This document shows positions 8,984-18,982 of a DNA stretch of 64,000 bases, in pieces; positions within the stretch are counted from its first letter, which is position 1; each line of letters starts with the position of its first letter. Position numbers and translations under genes: made by a program. The DNA is from a virus (lineage: Duplodnaviria > Caudoviricetes): the IMG/VR virus record IMGVR_UViG_3300008255_000098; one strand, written 5' to 3'. The notes under the pieces are model-generated. The model was not told where the DNA came from. It did no database searches and saw nothing but the letters and a program-made list of their open reading frames with translations.

Positions 8984-11900
8984 CTATGGGGTATGTTTAG
9001 TTGCTATGTTGTTGCCATCTCTATTGATCAGCACATCTTCAAGCTCTTTAGCGTCAATATTTATTGTAAAGTTTACATTCAAGTTAACTGGTTCTTGTGC
9101 AATGTGTAGGTTTCCAGTAGAAGTTAAACCAAGTTTGTGATTTAGCTCGGTAAGTTTTGTAACAATATTAAATCCAGAGGCGCTAGAAAGAACTCTACTA
9201 ATTCCAGCCATTCTTTCTGTTAGAGCAGTAACGCCAGTAGAGACACGTTCAATCATAGCACTATCAAGATTACCAGCCGCAGATTGAATGTGCCCTCCTA
9301 TTTCTTCAGTAGCAGCCAATATATCTTTCAGTCTATTAGCGTTTGATAGTGCCCTAGGAGGAACTGCTGTCCTTCCTAGCTCGTCTATTGCATTTAACCA
9401 GTGAATCCCTTTTCCGGCACCAGAATTCCAGTTCCTCATAAACAAATGTGCAAAAAACGTATTAACGCCTTTCATGTCGTTTCCACCACCAGATAACCTA
9501 TTAATAATACCACTTTTCAATAGTTCTCCTAGAGAACCAACAGCCTCTAATACGCCCTTTATTCTTGTTGCATTTGTGGAAGCCTGTCTTGGAATTACTA
9601 CTGTACCCAAAGATTTAATTGAAGATATTATTGTGGCTCCACCAGAATCTGAAAATAATGCTTGTAATATAGCCTGGACGCCATCAAGACGGGCTTCAAA
9701 CAACTCTTTACCGCCGGATATATCAGAACCACCTGCGCCAAGGGTGTTTACAGCGTCGGTAAGAATGTTGATCAACCCAAAAGTATCTGAAACAACTGGT
9801 ATAATCGTCTTAAGCCTACTTATTTCTCCAGGTCTTAACCCTTTTGCCATGGCTAAAATACTGTTAATAACTCTAGGTATTTCTGTTTTTAGAGAAGAGA
9901 AAATTCCCAAAGAATAATTCTTAAGCATATCCCCAACGGCAGAAATAGCCGCAGGACCTGCTTTAGACATGTCTTTAATATTGTCAAATGACATAGACGA
10001 AGATAAACTTTTTACAACTTCTACGATTTGTTCGAAAAGAGAACTTGTTAGTTTGATTTGTTCTATTTTGTCTGTTGGAATACTATTTGCTATTCCTGCA
10101 AAACTAGACATAAACTCACTCATAACAGGCATAAAATCTTTAATTATGTTCAAAGTGCTAGTCATATATTGGCGTAAAAAGTTTAAAAAGTCAGCTGCCG
10201 GGTCATTTGCAACTTCATAATTTCGCCCGCCGCCGAACAACTCAGACATGTTATTTGCTCCATTTGCGAGTGCTTTTGAAAAAGATGAAGCACCAAGTGC
10301 AATGCCAGCCACACCGGCATTTGCCCCACTTGGGACTAAGGCTTGTAGCAAAGACCCAATCCCTGTTAAAAATGAGGAGAATGCTTGAACTTTTCCGGTA
10401 TCCACGTTTGGCATTCCTTCTAATAGTTTTAAGAACCCTAAAGTTTGTGGAACTAGGTAAGTTAAAGCGCCGGTCGTCAATTTTAAATAATTTCCTGCTG
10501 CCATAAGGATTTCTGGCGTAAGTCCAATTGTAGCTGCCATGTTATCAAATAATTCTGGCGGGGGAACCAAAGCTTTGGCTAAACCACCGATGGCGGCCAA
10601 TATCGCTGCTACTTTATCTGCTTTACTTAAATCCTCTACACTTACATCTTTGATTGCAGTAACCATTGTTTCTATCAATTGTCTTGATTGCCCTCCAATT
10701 GCTTCTACTAATCTAACTACCATTCCAATTGTTTTTGAAGTTTCTCCTTCTGGGTCTCTTCCGAAAGGATTCATTAGTAATCCCAAGAAAGACGGGGTAG
10801 ACATTTCAATTATGCTGCTTATGTTTCCGGCAAAGTCTCCAATTGCTTTAATGAGATTAACAAACACAGTAGATTTTTGTTCAAATCCTGCGTCAACATG
10901 TACATTATTAATAACTCTCATAATAGAAGTCGCATGGAGGGCAGCGGCTGTAGCAACCAACGCTATCATTCCCATGCCAGCAATCATAGCAAGGGCACCG
11001 AGCCCGGAGAAGGAAGATGCTAAAAGTCCAACTGCCGCAGCTACCAAGGTAAGCGCAGATGAGGCAAGATAGACAACTAGCATGGTTCCCATGCCGGTCT
11101 TAACGGTCTCTGCCATGCTAGGAGTAATACCTCCCATTATTTTAGAAATTAAAACAAGGTTTCCAGCCATTAAAAGGGTTAGAGCAGAAATTAGTGCTAC
11201 TCCTATTAAAGCTTTCCCAAAAACGCCTGGGCTGACACCGCTAAGCACTTTAGCTGCTAACGACACTCCAACCATGCCGACTATTGTTGCGGCGATTATT
11301 GTCAAAGGAAGAAGAGCATCTTGGATTTTGGTTATTCCACTACTAGTTAAAATTTTACTAATAGCAACAATAGAAAAAGCTACCGCAATACCACCTAGGG
11401 CTATTGCCCCAGCGATAGCTAATAGTTTTAATCCAAGTTTTACCGCAGCAGCAGCGCCAAAGCCCCTTGTCTCCGTTTCAACTGCTCTAGTTGCGCCCGC
11501 TGTAGCACCAACTTCCGCCATTGCCCCTGCGCCTGCTCCAGGTCTACTAACCCTTGAAAGATTATTACCAGCTTGCATGGTAGAGTTTACACCATGTTCT
11601 AATACCTTGGCGCCTTTACCTAGAATGCCAGATTTTACAAAACCAACCATGCCTTTTAGAAAGGCTACTCCGAGAGTCATTATAAGTGTTCTAGTAATCG
11701 CTCCAATAATTGCGGGCCCAAACAATATTCCAGCAATATAAGGTGCGGCTGCCCACAAGGCAGGTTTAATTTTTTCCCAAGCGATGGCAAACAAATCTAA
11801 TAAAGCATCTCTAAGTGCTGGCCAAGTATCTTTAATAGCCCTCCAAGCTGGCTCTATAAGTTCTACTATAAATGATAATAATCCACTACCTGCGGAGTTT

Positions 11901-13801
11901 GCAGCAGACATAACTGCTGATGGATCGCCTATAAAACCTATAATTCCACGTATCGCATCAGCAGCACCAGTCATTCCTACTCTAACCAGTTGTGCAAAAA
12001 CATTCATTATTGCTTTTGAAAATGTTTTAAAGCCTTCAATCGTTTTTTTCCCCGAGGGAGTTGTTGTGTTGAACCAATCGAAGAAAGTAGATTTAAGTTT
12101 TTTGAACAAACTTGACAACGCAATACTAGGGTTTGAAGTTAAATCTTTGAAAAAATCTTTGAAAGTGGTAACAACACCATGTAACATTTTTCTCCATCTT
12201 GCTCTGTCAAATAAATCTCCCATGCCTTTTAACATGTCTTTGACGCCAGGAAAATATTTTACAAACATTTGTCCTACACGACGGCCAGCCCTGTATGTCA
12301 TTCTCATAGCATATCGTAGCTTTATCATTAGGCCCCAAAATTCTTTTGTCCACTTAATACCCCGAAAAAACCCTTGAAGGAAAATATCAAAAAATCCGCC
12401 TTTGAGTTCTGGACCTTGTTTAACAAGCCTTTGGATGGAGTTAGAAAGTCGTTCCATAGCTTCAACCTGAGAAAGTTGTTGTTTCTCAGCATTTGCTCCT
12501 TGTTTTTGTATTTCTCCGTAAGATAACCCTGCGTTTTTTTGTGAGAACACTAGTGAAGCAGTTTTTTGATCAAGTCCAGTAGTTTGAGCCAACAACGCAC
12601 GCTCTTGTCGAGTCATGGTTTCAACAGTTCTTCCAGTCGCAAAAAATGCTTTTCTTAATCTATCTATATTAGCAGCAGGATCTTGTTCTTGAACCATTTG
12701 TAAAGTATCGAGTTGAACACCAAACGCCTGAGATAGTTGTGACACATTTTCAGCAGCTTTATCAAAATCAGCAAATGCATCTAGAGAACTAGTTAATTTA
12801 TCTATTTCAATTCCTAGTTTTCTAGCATATACAGAAACCTGTGATAATTGTTTAACGCCTAAATTACCAAAATGTTCGAAATCATTCATCATCGTACCGA
12901 CATCTTGGGAAATAATGGCTCCGTTCATTCTAAATGCATCACCGAGAGCAAATGCGGTAGAAGTTATATGCCTCCCGACTTCTTGAAATGATGTTCCTGC
13001 CCTTGAGGCTTGTTCCGTAACAGCCCGCAGTCCCTCATCTGTAAGATGTAAACCTTTTTGATATGCAAATACTCTTTCACCATTGTCATTCAATTCTCTA
13101 CTAAAATTATGAAATAACGGGCCCATTTTTTCTGCTATTTCACGCAACGCAGCCATCGTCTCGGCCATGTTTCCCATAGTGCGCCAAATTGAAAGACCAG
13201 TTTCAGCGAGTTGACCACCAAAGTGGTCAATCTTTCTCCAAGATTGAATTAAATCTCTACCCTCGTTTTGGGTTAGATCGCCAAAAGTACCTCTAATTTT
13301 TTCAAATTCTTCTCTTAGTGCTGTTCCTCCAACGCCAACATTATTCATTAATCCATATAATATCTTAAATGGTAAAGATATTATTGACGCACCAACATTT
13401 AAAAACGTACTAGCAAGTCCACCAGCAACACTTGCAAGAGAAGAAATAGCATTTGCAGTTAATTTAAACCCTCCGGCGGAGCCTTCAATTGCAGCAATAA
13501 TCGGAGCTGCCTTAAGCGCCTTTTTACCAAAACGCTCAATATTTTGACTCATTTTGTCTATATCTTTAGCACTTTGTTTTGCTGCTTTGTTCATTTCTTC
13601 AAGGGTTTGTTGTCCAGAATTGAAACTGTTCATATTTTCAGCTGAATTTTTAATAGCAGAATTTATTTTACTAAATCCATTTGACATTGCGCTGAAATCA
13701 ATTTGTTGAGCAGCTTTAGCAAGATCTCGCATAACATTGAGTTGTGCGCTAAGTCTAGCAGTCTGTTGAGCAATTAAGTCATTTTGTTCTTTTGATGCCA
13801 T
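8984..13801 (-). CDS. Tail tape measure protein
   Basis: 1605 aa, Ala/Gly-rich and helical, with central hydrophobic segments; heads the tail operon. Confidence 0.85.
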   Translation of the reverse strand: MASKEQNDLIAQQTARLSAQLNVMRDLAKAAQQIDFSAMSNGFSKINSAIKNSAENMNSFNSGQQTLEEMNKAAKQSAKDIDKMSQNIERFGKKALKAAPIIAAIEGSAGGFKLTANAISSLASVAGGLASTFLNVGASIISLPFKILYGLMNNVGVGGTALREEFEKIRGTFGDLTQNEGRDLIQSWRKIDHFGGQLAETGLSIWRTMGNMAETMAALREIAEKMGPLFHNFSRELNDNGERVFAYQKGLHLTDEGLRAVTEQASRAGTSFQEVGRHITSTAFALGDAFRMNGAIISQDVGTMMNDFEHFGNLGVKQLSQVSVYARKLGIEIDKLTSSLDAFADFDKAAENVSQLSQAFGVQLDTLQMVQEQDPAANIDRLRKAFFATGRTVETMTRQERALLAQTTGLDQKTASLVFSQKNAGLSYGEIQKQGANAEKQQLSQVEAMERLSNSIQRLVKQGPELKGGFFDIFLQGFFRGIKWTKEFWGLMIKLRYAMRMTYRAGRRVGQMFVKYFPGVKDMLKGMGDLFDRARWRKMLHGVVTTFKDFFKDLTSNPSIALSSLFKKLKSTFFDWFNTTTPSGKKTIEGFKTFSKAIMNVFAQLVRVGMTGAADAIRGIIGFIGDPSAVMSAANSAGSGLLSFIVELIEPAWRAIKDTWPALRDALLDLFAIAWEKIKPALWAAAPYIAGILFGPAIIGAITRTLIMTLGVAFLKGMVGFVKSGILGKGAKVLEHGVNSTMQAGNNLSRVSRPGAGAGAMAEVGATAGATRAVETETRGFGAAAAVKLGLKLLAIAGAIALGGIAVAFSIVAISKILTSSGITKIQDALLPLTIIAATIVGMVGVSLAAKVLSGVSPGVFGKALIGVALISALTLLMAGNLVLISKIMGGITPSMAETVKTGMGTMLVVYLASSALTLVAAAVGLLASSFSGLGALAMIAGMGMIALVATAAALHATSIMRVINNVHVDAGFEQKSTVFVNLIKAIGDFAGNISSIIEMSTPSFLGLLMNPFGRDPEGETSKTIGMVVRLVEAIGGQSRQLIETMVTAIKDVSVEDLSKADKVAAILAAIGGLAKALVPPPELFDNMAATIGLTPEILMAAGNYLKLTTGALTYLVPQTLGFLKLLEGMPNVDTGKVQAFSSFLTGIGSLLQALVPSGANAGVAGIALGASSFSKALANGANNMSELFGGGRNYEVANDPAADFLNFLRQYMTSTLNIIKDFMPVMSEFMSSFAGIANSIPTDKIEQIKLTSSLFEQIVEVVKSLSSSMSFDNIKDMSKAGPAAISAVGDMLKNYSLGIFSSLKTEIPRVINSILAMAKGLRPGEISRLKTIIPVVSDTFGLINILTDAVNTLGAGGSDISGGKELFEARLDGVQAILQALFSDSGGATIISSIKSLGTVVIPRQASTNATRIKGVLEAVGSLGELLKSGIINRLSGGGNDMKGVNTFFAHLFMRNWNSGAGKGIHWLNAIDELGRTAVPPRALSNANRLKDILAATEEIGGHIQSAAGNLDSAMIERVSTGVTALTERMAGISRVLSSASGFNIVTKLTELNHKLGLTSTGNLHIAQEPVNLNVNFTINIDAKELEDVLINRDGNNIATKHTP

Positions 13802-13962
13802 TGTGTGCTAGAATAATTACTAAGGTGGGAAATTTTCGCCGAATATTTTTATAACTATTAACAAATAGTATATGCGCTAATACGGATTATGTAAATTATT
13901 GTTAAAAATAACTATAACAAATCTATTTAATCCTACAGAAATAATATTAAGGACCTTTTAAA

Positions 13963-14322
13963 ATGTCAACAAACGATAATGATCTCTCTGAGAGGCTAAT
14001 AATGGAGGCCCCTATTAGAGTTTCTGGCGAAGAACAACTCAATGAAATTAAGTTATCTTGGGCTGGAAAGATATTTTTTGCAGGAGCAGCTGCTTATATA
14101 GCAGGTAAAGGGTTGCAACAAAAAATAAAACTTCCAGTTAAGGTCAGGGGCACGCCTAAACAAATGAAAGCGGTTATTGACGCTATTATGGGTTCAAAAG
14201 AGTTTCAACAAGAAATAGGTCGTCCGGGAGCAACTATTGACCAAGTAATTGAAAAACTTCAACTTAGAAATTTGACAAAAGCTCGTTTTAGACAGCTAAC
14301 TGGCCTGCCATTTCCATTATAA
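13963..14322 (+). CDS. Hypothetical protein
   Basis: 119-aa ORF with TATTTA upstream (13924-13929), convergent with the HAD gene. Confidence 0.7.
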   Translation: MSTNDNDLSERLIMEAPIRVSGEEQLNEIKLSWAGKIFFAGAAAYIAGKGLQQKIKLPVKVRGTPKQMKAVIDAIMGSKEFQQEIGRPGATIDQVIEKLQLRNLTKARFRQLTGLPFPL

Positions 14323-14943
14323 GCCTAGTTCTTGTAATTCTTTAATTGTGGTAGCCGCATCAACATGTTCAATAGCCATGCCGCCGAAATTTCTCCACGG
14401 AACTATATATTTTGGCATATCGTCTATTAAAAGAGGAATGTTTCCTCTTTTAAGGACATTTCTGATTTCTTCATGTTTTGTGTGGGTGATAATAATCTTA
14501 TTTTTTCCTAGATTCAGTTCACGTTTACACCAGTCTATTTTTCCAAGTTTTGAATTTGGTCCCATCGGTCCAGTACATGCAACTGGATTTTTTGGTTGAA
14601 TATATTCCCACAAATCTTTACCATCTGGTAACCATTCCAATTCGGACCACCAGCGGCGGTTGTTTGACACCAAACTATACATCAAATTACGCACGTGCTT
14701 CTTCTCAGTACCCCAGCAAACGTCCTCAAAAATAAATTTAGAGCCTAGATTGCTGGATAAAAGTTCACCCCCCTGTTGCGTTATAGCTTTTTTGGCGGCA
14801 GCATAAAGTTTTGGATATTTTGTTTTATAAAAATTTTTATTTTTATCAACTTTTTCGACGAATTCATTCATGGTCTGCAATGCGCCACCCATGTAGTCGC
14901 AAAGTGTTCCATCAAGATCACAAAATATTTCGTATTTTTCCAT
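14317..14943 (-). CDS. HAD-superfamily 5'(3')-deoxyribonucleotidase-like
   Basis: IFCDLDGTLCD (DxDxT), CTGP, GKIDWC, LLIDD motifs. Confidence 0.85.
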   Translation of the reverse strand: MEKYEIFCDLDGTLCDYMGGALQTMNEFVEKVDKNKNFYKTKYPKLYAAAKKAITQQGGELLSSNLGSKFIFEDVCWGTEKKHVRNLMYSLVSNNRRWWSELEWLPDGKDLWEYIQPKNPVACTGPMGPNSKLGKIDWCKRELNLGKNKIIITHTKHEEIRNVLKRGNIPLLIDDMPKYIVPWRNFGGMAIEHVDAATTIKELQELGL

Positions 14944-14982
14944 GTGTATAACATAACACAGATTTTTGGAAAATGAACTTGT

Positions 14983-15654
14983 TTATTTTGTGAGAGTTTG
15001 TACCAACTCGGTCCACTTTACTGTTGCTTCGCCCTCGATGGAAGTTTTCCCGCCAGGTCCGAGCCATAAATTTGGGTCTGTATGATCGCTGCTATAATCT
15101 CCAGTGGCAGCTTTATTTAGTACGTGTATGAGTTCGTGTACTGCTGGTTGCCCTTTTTCCGCAATAGTTGATAAATAATCTGTGCGGATGACTACCATAT
15201 CTACTCTTTTAGTTCCAAAAATACCAGAAAGCTCAACAGAATATGCGGCGACATGTTTTAGATTGTCATCCGACCACATCCCGACATCACCGCCAGCCTC
15301 GAAATTTTTGTTTGTTTTAAACAAAAAAATAACATGGGGTCTGCTCGCTTTTGTAATTTTTCTATTATGGAAAATTGTTTCAGTTGCTATCATCGCAACA
15401 GCACATTTTTCAGCCACGTCTTTTGCTTGCATTATTTTTCCGTCAACGATCCAAGCTTCTGTTTCGTTGGAAATTTTATTTTTGATTGAAGGTAAATCTT
15501 TATCGACTATTATGGTTGCAGTTTTTCCCCCAACAACCGCACTAAATTTATAGCCTTTTGGGAAATCAGGTCCACGCAAAATCTTAACTAAGGCCCATGC
15601 GCCAATTCCTAAGAATGTTACTACAGTTACTATTAAAATTATAATTCCAATCAT
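14983..15654 (-). CDS. Membrane-anchored zincin-like metallopeptidase (putative)
   Basis: N-terminal hydrophobic helix; AVHELIHVL (HExxH) followed by a downstream His (SDH). Confidence 0.55.
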   Translation of the reverse strand: MIGIIILIVTVVTFLGIGAWALVKILRGPDFPKGYKFSAVVGGKTATIIVDKDLPSIKNKISNETEAWIVDGKIMQAKDVAEKCAVAMIATETIFHNRKITKASRPHVIFLFKTNKNFEAGGDVGMWSDDNLKHVAAYSVELSGIFGTKRVDMVVIRTDYLSTIAEKGQPAVHELIHVLNKAATGDYSSDHTDPNLWLGPGGKTSIEGEATVKWTELVQTLTK

Positions 15655-15697
15655 TTCTTACCTCATGCGTGTTTGAAGTAAGTATTATTTCAGAATA

Positions 15698-16009
15698 TTA
15701 CTCGTCTAGTTTTTTATTTGGATTGTTTTTAATATCCATTTCAAGACCTAAAAGTCCATACCCAGCAATATCTGCAAAAGGACTTTCTCCTAAAGCATCT
15801 TTGTCAGTTGCAATCCGTTTAAGTTTATCAAAAATTCTTATTACACAAAGCATATCTTGATATTTCTCAGGAGGTATTCCGTCTGGATATAGCATCTTAA
15901 GAAACTCTCCTGCATCATTAAATGAGTTTCCGTAAGCCTTGTTTTTAATATCCACTATTTTTCCGATTTGCGTACCAAGTTTTTCGTATTTTGAATTTTC
16001 GTCTTGCAT
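15698..16009 (-). CDS. DUF1599 / nucleotide-modification-associated domain protein
   Basis: KNKAYGNSF...RIFDKLKRI...ESPFADIAGYGLL pattern. Confidence 0.75.
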   Translation of the reverse strand: MQDENSKYEKLGTQIGKIVDIKNKAYGNSFNDAGEFLKMLYPDGIPPEKYQDMLCVIRIFDKLKRIATDKDALGESPFADIAGYGLLGLEMDIKNNPNKKLDE

Positions 16010-16031
16010 GTTTTCTTTCGGGTGTTAAATC

Positions 16032-16060
16032 AGTATAGCAAGCTAACAAAAAGATTTGAA
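16032..16060 (-). promoter_or_regulatory. sigma70-like promoter
   Basis: TTCAAA-17 nt-TATACT upstream of 16009. Confidence 0.5.
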
Positions 16061-16092
16061 ATACTTTTTTAAACTTCTATTTACCAAGATAC

Positions 16093-16635
16093 ATGGTAAA
16101 ACAATACGAAAAGCTTGGGGAGAAAAAAATTATTCTAAAAGATAAAATGTCGGGGTACGATAAAAAACTTCTTTTAAAGACTTATAGATTACCAAATGGC
16201 GTAATAGAAAATTTTTTCATTGACGACGATAAAGATAGTGTCCAAATATTTCCGGTTACAACTGACAACATGGTGCTAACAGTTAGTCAATTCCGCCCTG
16301 GTATAGAAAAAACTATTATTGAGCTTCCAGGCGGCGGCCTAGAGAAGGGCGAAGACCCAAAAGAAGCCGCAAGCCGAGAGCTAAAAGAAGAGACAGGTTA
16401 TACTGGAACCTTGGTGTTTTTAGGAAAATTAAATTACAGCCCATATTCTTCTGGTTGTAAATACCTTTTTGCTGCTAAAGATTGTAAAAAAATTAGCGGA
16501 CTAGAACTAGACGAAAATGAATTTCTATCTGTTGTGAAATGGCCAATGAGTAAATTTAGAAAAACAATTTCCGGCGGAAAAATTAGAGGAACTGATTGCA
16601 TTTATATGGGATTAGATGCTTTGGACCTTTTATAA
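16093..16635 (+). CDS. Nudix hydrolase (ADP-ribose pyrophosphatase-like)
   Basis: Nudix box GGLEKGEDPKEAASRELKEETG; QFRP...IELPGG. Confidence 0.92.
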   Translation: MVKQYEKLGEKKIILKDKMSGYDKKLLLKTYRLPNGVIENFFIDDDKDSVQIFPVTTDNMVLTVSQFRPGIEKTIIELPGGGLEKGEDPKEAASRELKEETGYTGTLVFLGKLNYSPYSSGCKYLFAAKDCKKISGLELDENEFLSVVKWPMSKFRKTISGGKIRGTDCIYMGLDALDLL

Positions 16636-16636
16636 A

Positions 16637-16846
16637 CTATTCTTTTTCTTTCTTATTTTTATCTGTTCCATACGTGTAATCCAAATAAAATAATAAACCA
16701 GCAGGTTTTGACATAGGTTGCACGACAATTAGGTCCCTCACTAATTGCGAAGGGAAAATTCGTCTTTTCCGACCTGAACACATATAAAATATTGTTTTCC
16801 TTCGGCGATATATTTGAATTGAATCTCTAATGTTTTTAATATTCAT
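16637..16846 (-). CDS. 69-aa protein carrying a T4 gp23-type major capsid (Gol-region) segment
   Basis: Strong SD (AAAGGAG) just upstream of ATG; RRIFPSQLVRDLIVVQPMSKPAGLLFYLDYTYG matches the gp23-family VQPM..P.G motif without gaps. Confidence 0.8.
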   Translation of the reverse strand: MNIKNIRDSIQIYRRRKTIFYMCSGRKRRIFPSQLVRDLIVVQPMSKPAGLLFYLDYTYGTDKNKKEKE

Positions 16847-17033
16847 ATTTCTCCTTTATTTATCCTTTTTGGTTAGTTTTAACAAATATTTGTGTCGTTG
16901 GTAACAAAACTAAACTCAAAAAAAATTGGATATGCAGTAGTGTTTAACAAAGTTTTTTGACCCTAGAAAGAAACAACATAACTCTTCTAGATTTTTGTAT
17001 CTATCAGACCGTTTATATTTTTAATTGATATTA

Positions 17034-18080
17034 CTAAAACCTTCTTAATTTCGAGGGCACATGTGCTCTTGCCTTGCCAGCGATAGCCCTAGCTTCTGGT
17101 AAATTATGGTGGGCTCCTTTACTTGGAATATTTGATGCTCCTTCAGCATTTGCCTCTGATGCTTTTTTGATTTCTTTACCAACTCTTTCAATTAACCATT
17201 TTCTGTAACTCAATGGCATATTGTAATATGTTTTATAATCCATTCCAAAATAATATCCAAGTAAAAAAAATGGCTCTAAAAAAACCATTTCTCTATAATC
17301 AGAACTCAAAGAGAAAAATGAATGGTTTGTTGGAATGCTAACTGTCTCTGTGTGAGGACAACCTGCACAAGAAAAATCAGTTTTCATATCTAGTCCCGGT
17401 TTGTGTGTTTCAATGTATTTACGTAAAACATTACTATCTGTTGCTCTCATATTTAAAACAAATTTTCTAATTTGTTCTCTATCAGTAACGCCGTTTATTT
17501 TAACAATAGAGTTAAGCAAAACTGATGTAACAACTGTATATTCACCCTCATCAGAATTTTCTAATAATTGATTTATTATCTTTTCTTCTTTCACAGATAA
17601 GAATTTAAATAAGATTTCATGTCCAGACTTTGGCAAAACAAACTTAAATAAATTTTCTCCTGGTATCTCTGGAGTTAAATCAAGAAATTTAATTGGAACA
17701 CTTGCTAAATCAAAATGTAATGTATTTTGTGTCTCGCACTCTGGACATGTTAAAATCGGCTCAAATAGCCTTCCATACCCAGAGATACGAATAGCAACCA
17801 TTAAAGCATCTTTGTCCCCGATCAGCATATCAGATATATCAATTTCTGGCGCTAACAAACAAGAAGAAATCATTTTCTCAACGGAAATATTTTTCTTCTT
17901 GTAGGCAGAATTTAAAAGTATATCTTCCTGTCGTGGTGTCATTGCTTTATATTCAACAGTTTTTTTATTGAAAAAGAAACTATCTTTATTGTAAATTTTT
18001 CCACGAGAGGGCAATGGAACATAATCTACTGGTAAATCATTTCCAGTACTACTTGAGGTATGTTTCTTACCTTTCCTCAT
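17034..18080 (-). CDS. Baseplate/tail assembly chaperone (T4 gp26-like) with fused C-terminal domain
   Basis: VPLPSRGKIY, YKAMTPRQEDILL, GDKDALMVAIRISGYG, CPEC, CAGC; extra ~85-aa tail YREMVFLEPFFLLGYYFGMDYKTYYNMPLSYRKWLIER. Confidence 0.75.
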   Translation of the reverse strand: MRKGKKHTSSSTGNDLPVDYVPLPSRGKIYNKDSFFFNKKTVEYKAMTPRQEDILLNSAYKKKNISVEKMISSCLLAPEIDISDMLIGDKDALMVAIRISGYGRLFEPILTCPECETQNTLHFDLASVPIKFLDLTPEIPGENLFKFVLPKSGHEILFKFLSVKEEKIINQLLENSDEGEYTVVTSVLLNSIVKINGVTDREQIRKFVLNMRATDSNVLRKYIETHKPGLDMKTDFSCAGCPHTETVSIPTNHSFFSLSSDYREMVFLEPFFLLGYYFGMDYKTYYNMPLSYRKWLIERVGKEIKKASEANAEGASNIPSKGAHHNLPEARAIAGKARAHVPSKLRRF

Positions 18081-18088
18081 ATTAAATA

Positions 18089-18982
18089 TTATTTAAGAGT
18101 GTCTGGCCAGAAAAACTCAGGTCCCATTGGTAATGATATTTCTGCAACGTGGTCACAGCTGTAACACGAAAAATCCACCATCATATCCACACCGGGCTCA
18201 TGTTTATCTATGTAAGATCTGAGCGACAGACTATCTCTTGCTGGCATAAATTGCACAAATCTATTAATTTGTGAACGATCTTTTACTCCGTCTATTTCTA
18301 CAATAGAAGATAATAATCTAGTCGTAACAATGTTGTTGTTTTGAATACCCTTTTTGTTTTTAACTTCTAAAGTTTTGAGAATTTTTTCTTCCTCTTCACC
18401 AGTCAAAAATCTAAATCCGATATTTCTTTTAGAAACTGGAAGAGAGAAATAAAACAAATTTTCATAAGGGTTTGCAGGTTCTATATTTAAGGTTTTAATA
18501 CCTAAAGAACGTAAATCAATTTCGAGCTTACTTTGTACGCCGCAAGCTGGACATGTAAAACTTGGAAGATATTCACTTCCATATCCGGAGTCTCGGATTG
18601 CAATCATTAGTGCATTTCTGTCTCCGGAAATCATTTGGTTAACATCAACGCTTTTATCAGTCAGGCAGGACTTGATCAACTCTGTGATGACAGTTCCTTT
18701 TTTGATATATGCCTTGCTCATCAAAATATCTTCTTCACGTGCGGTCATTGACCTGAACTCAACCCTGTCTTTATTGTGCAAAGCGTGACCAGATGGGTAA
18801 ATTTTTCCAGCAGATGGCAAAGGAACAGCCTGAATAGGAATATCAAGCCCAAGTTCCTGTTTAGCATATTCTTGAGTGCTAATGGGCATTACTTCGCCAT
18901 TTTCAGCTGCTTGTTTTGCTGCAAATACAGAATTTCTATATTCTCTTTGCTCTTCTTCAGTCATTTGATTTTGTTCACTCAT
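18089..18982 (-). CDS. Baseplate/tail assembly chaperone (T4 gp26-like)
   Basis: VPLPSAGKIY, FRSMTAREEDILM, GDRNALMIAIRDSGYG, CPAC, CYSC, ends FFWPDTLK; paralog of 17034-18080. Confidence 0.8.
   Translation of the reverse strand: MSEQNQMTEEEQREYRNSVFAAKQAAENGEVMPISTQEYAKQELGLDIPIQAVPLPSAGKIYPSGHALHNKDRVEFRSMTAREEDILMSKAYIKKGTVITELIKSCLTDKSVDVNQMISGDRNALMIAIRDSGYGSEYLPSFTCPACGVQSKLEIDLRSLGIKTLNIEPANPYENLFYFSLPVSKRNIGFRFLTGEEEEKILKTLEVKNKKGIQNNNIVTTRLLSSIVEIDGVKDRSQINRFVQFMPARDSLSLRSYIDKHEPGVDMMVDFSCYSCDHVAEISLPMGPEFFWPDTLK

Noticed and set aside
9474-12377. Series of long plus-strand ORFs (147-219 aa) antisense to the tape measure gene
   Set aside because: Typical shadow ORFs of an Ala/Gly/Ile-rich gene; low-complexity translations, no SD or promoter, no motifs.
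13824-13840. GGTGGGAAATTTTCGCC upstream of the TMP as a fourth IS-end copy
   Set aside because: Lacks the AGYTCAY terminus and forms only a weak G-U-rich stem.
13851-13922. Direct repeat ATAACTAT(T)AACAAAT in the divergent TMP/13963 region
   Set aside because: Only two AT-rich copies; cannot be distinguished from chance without statistics.
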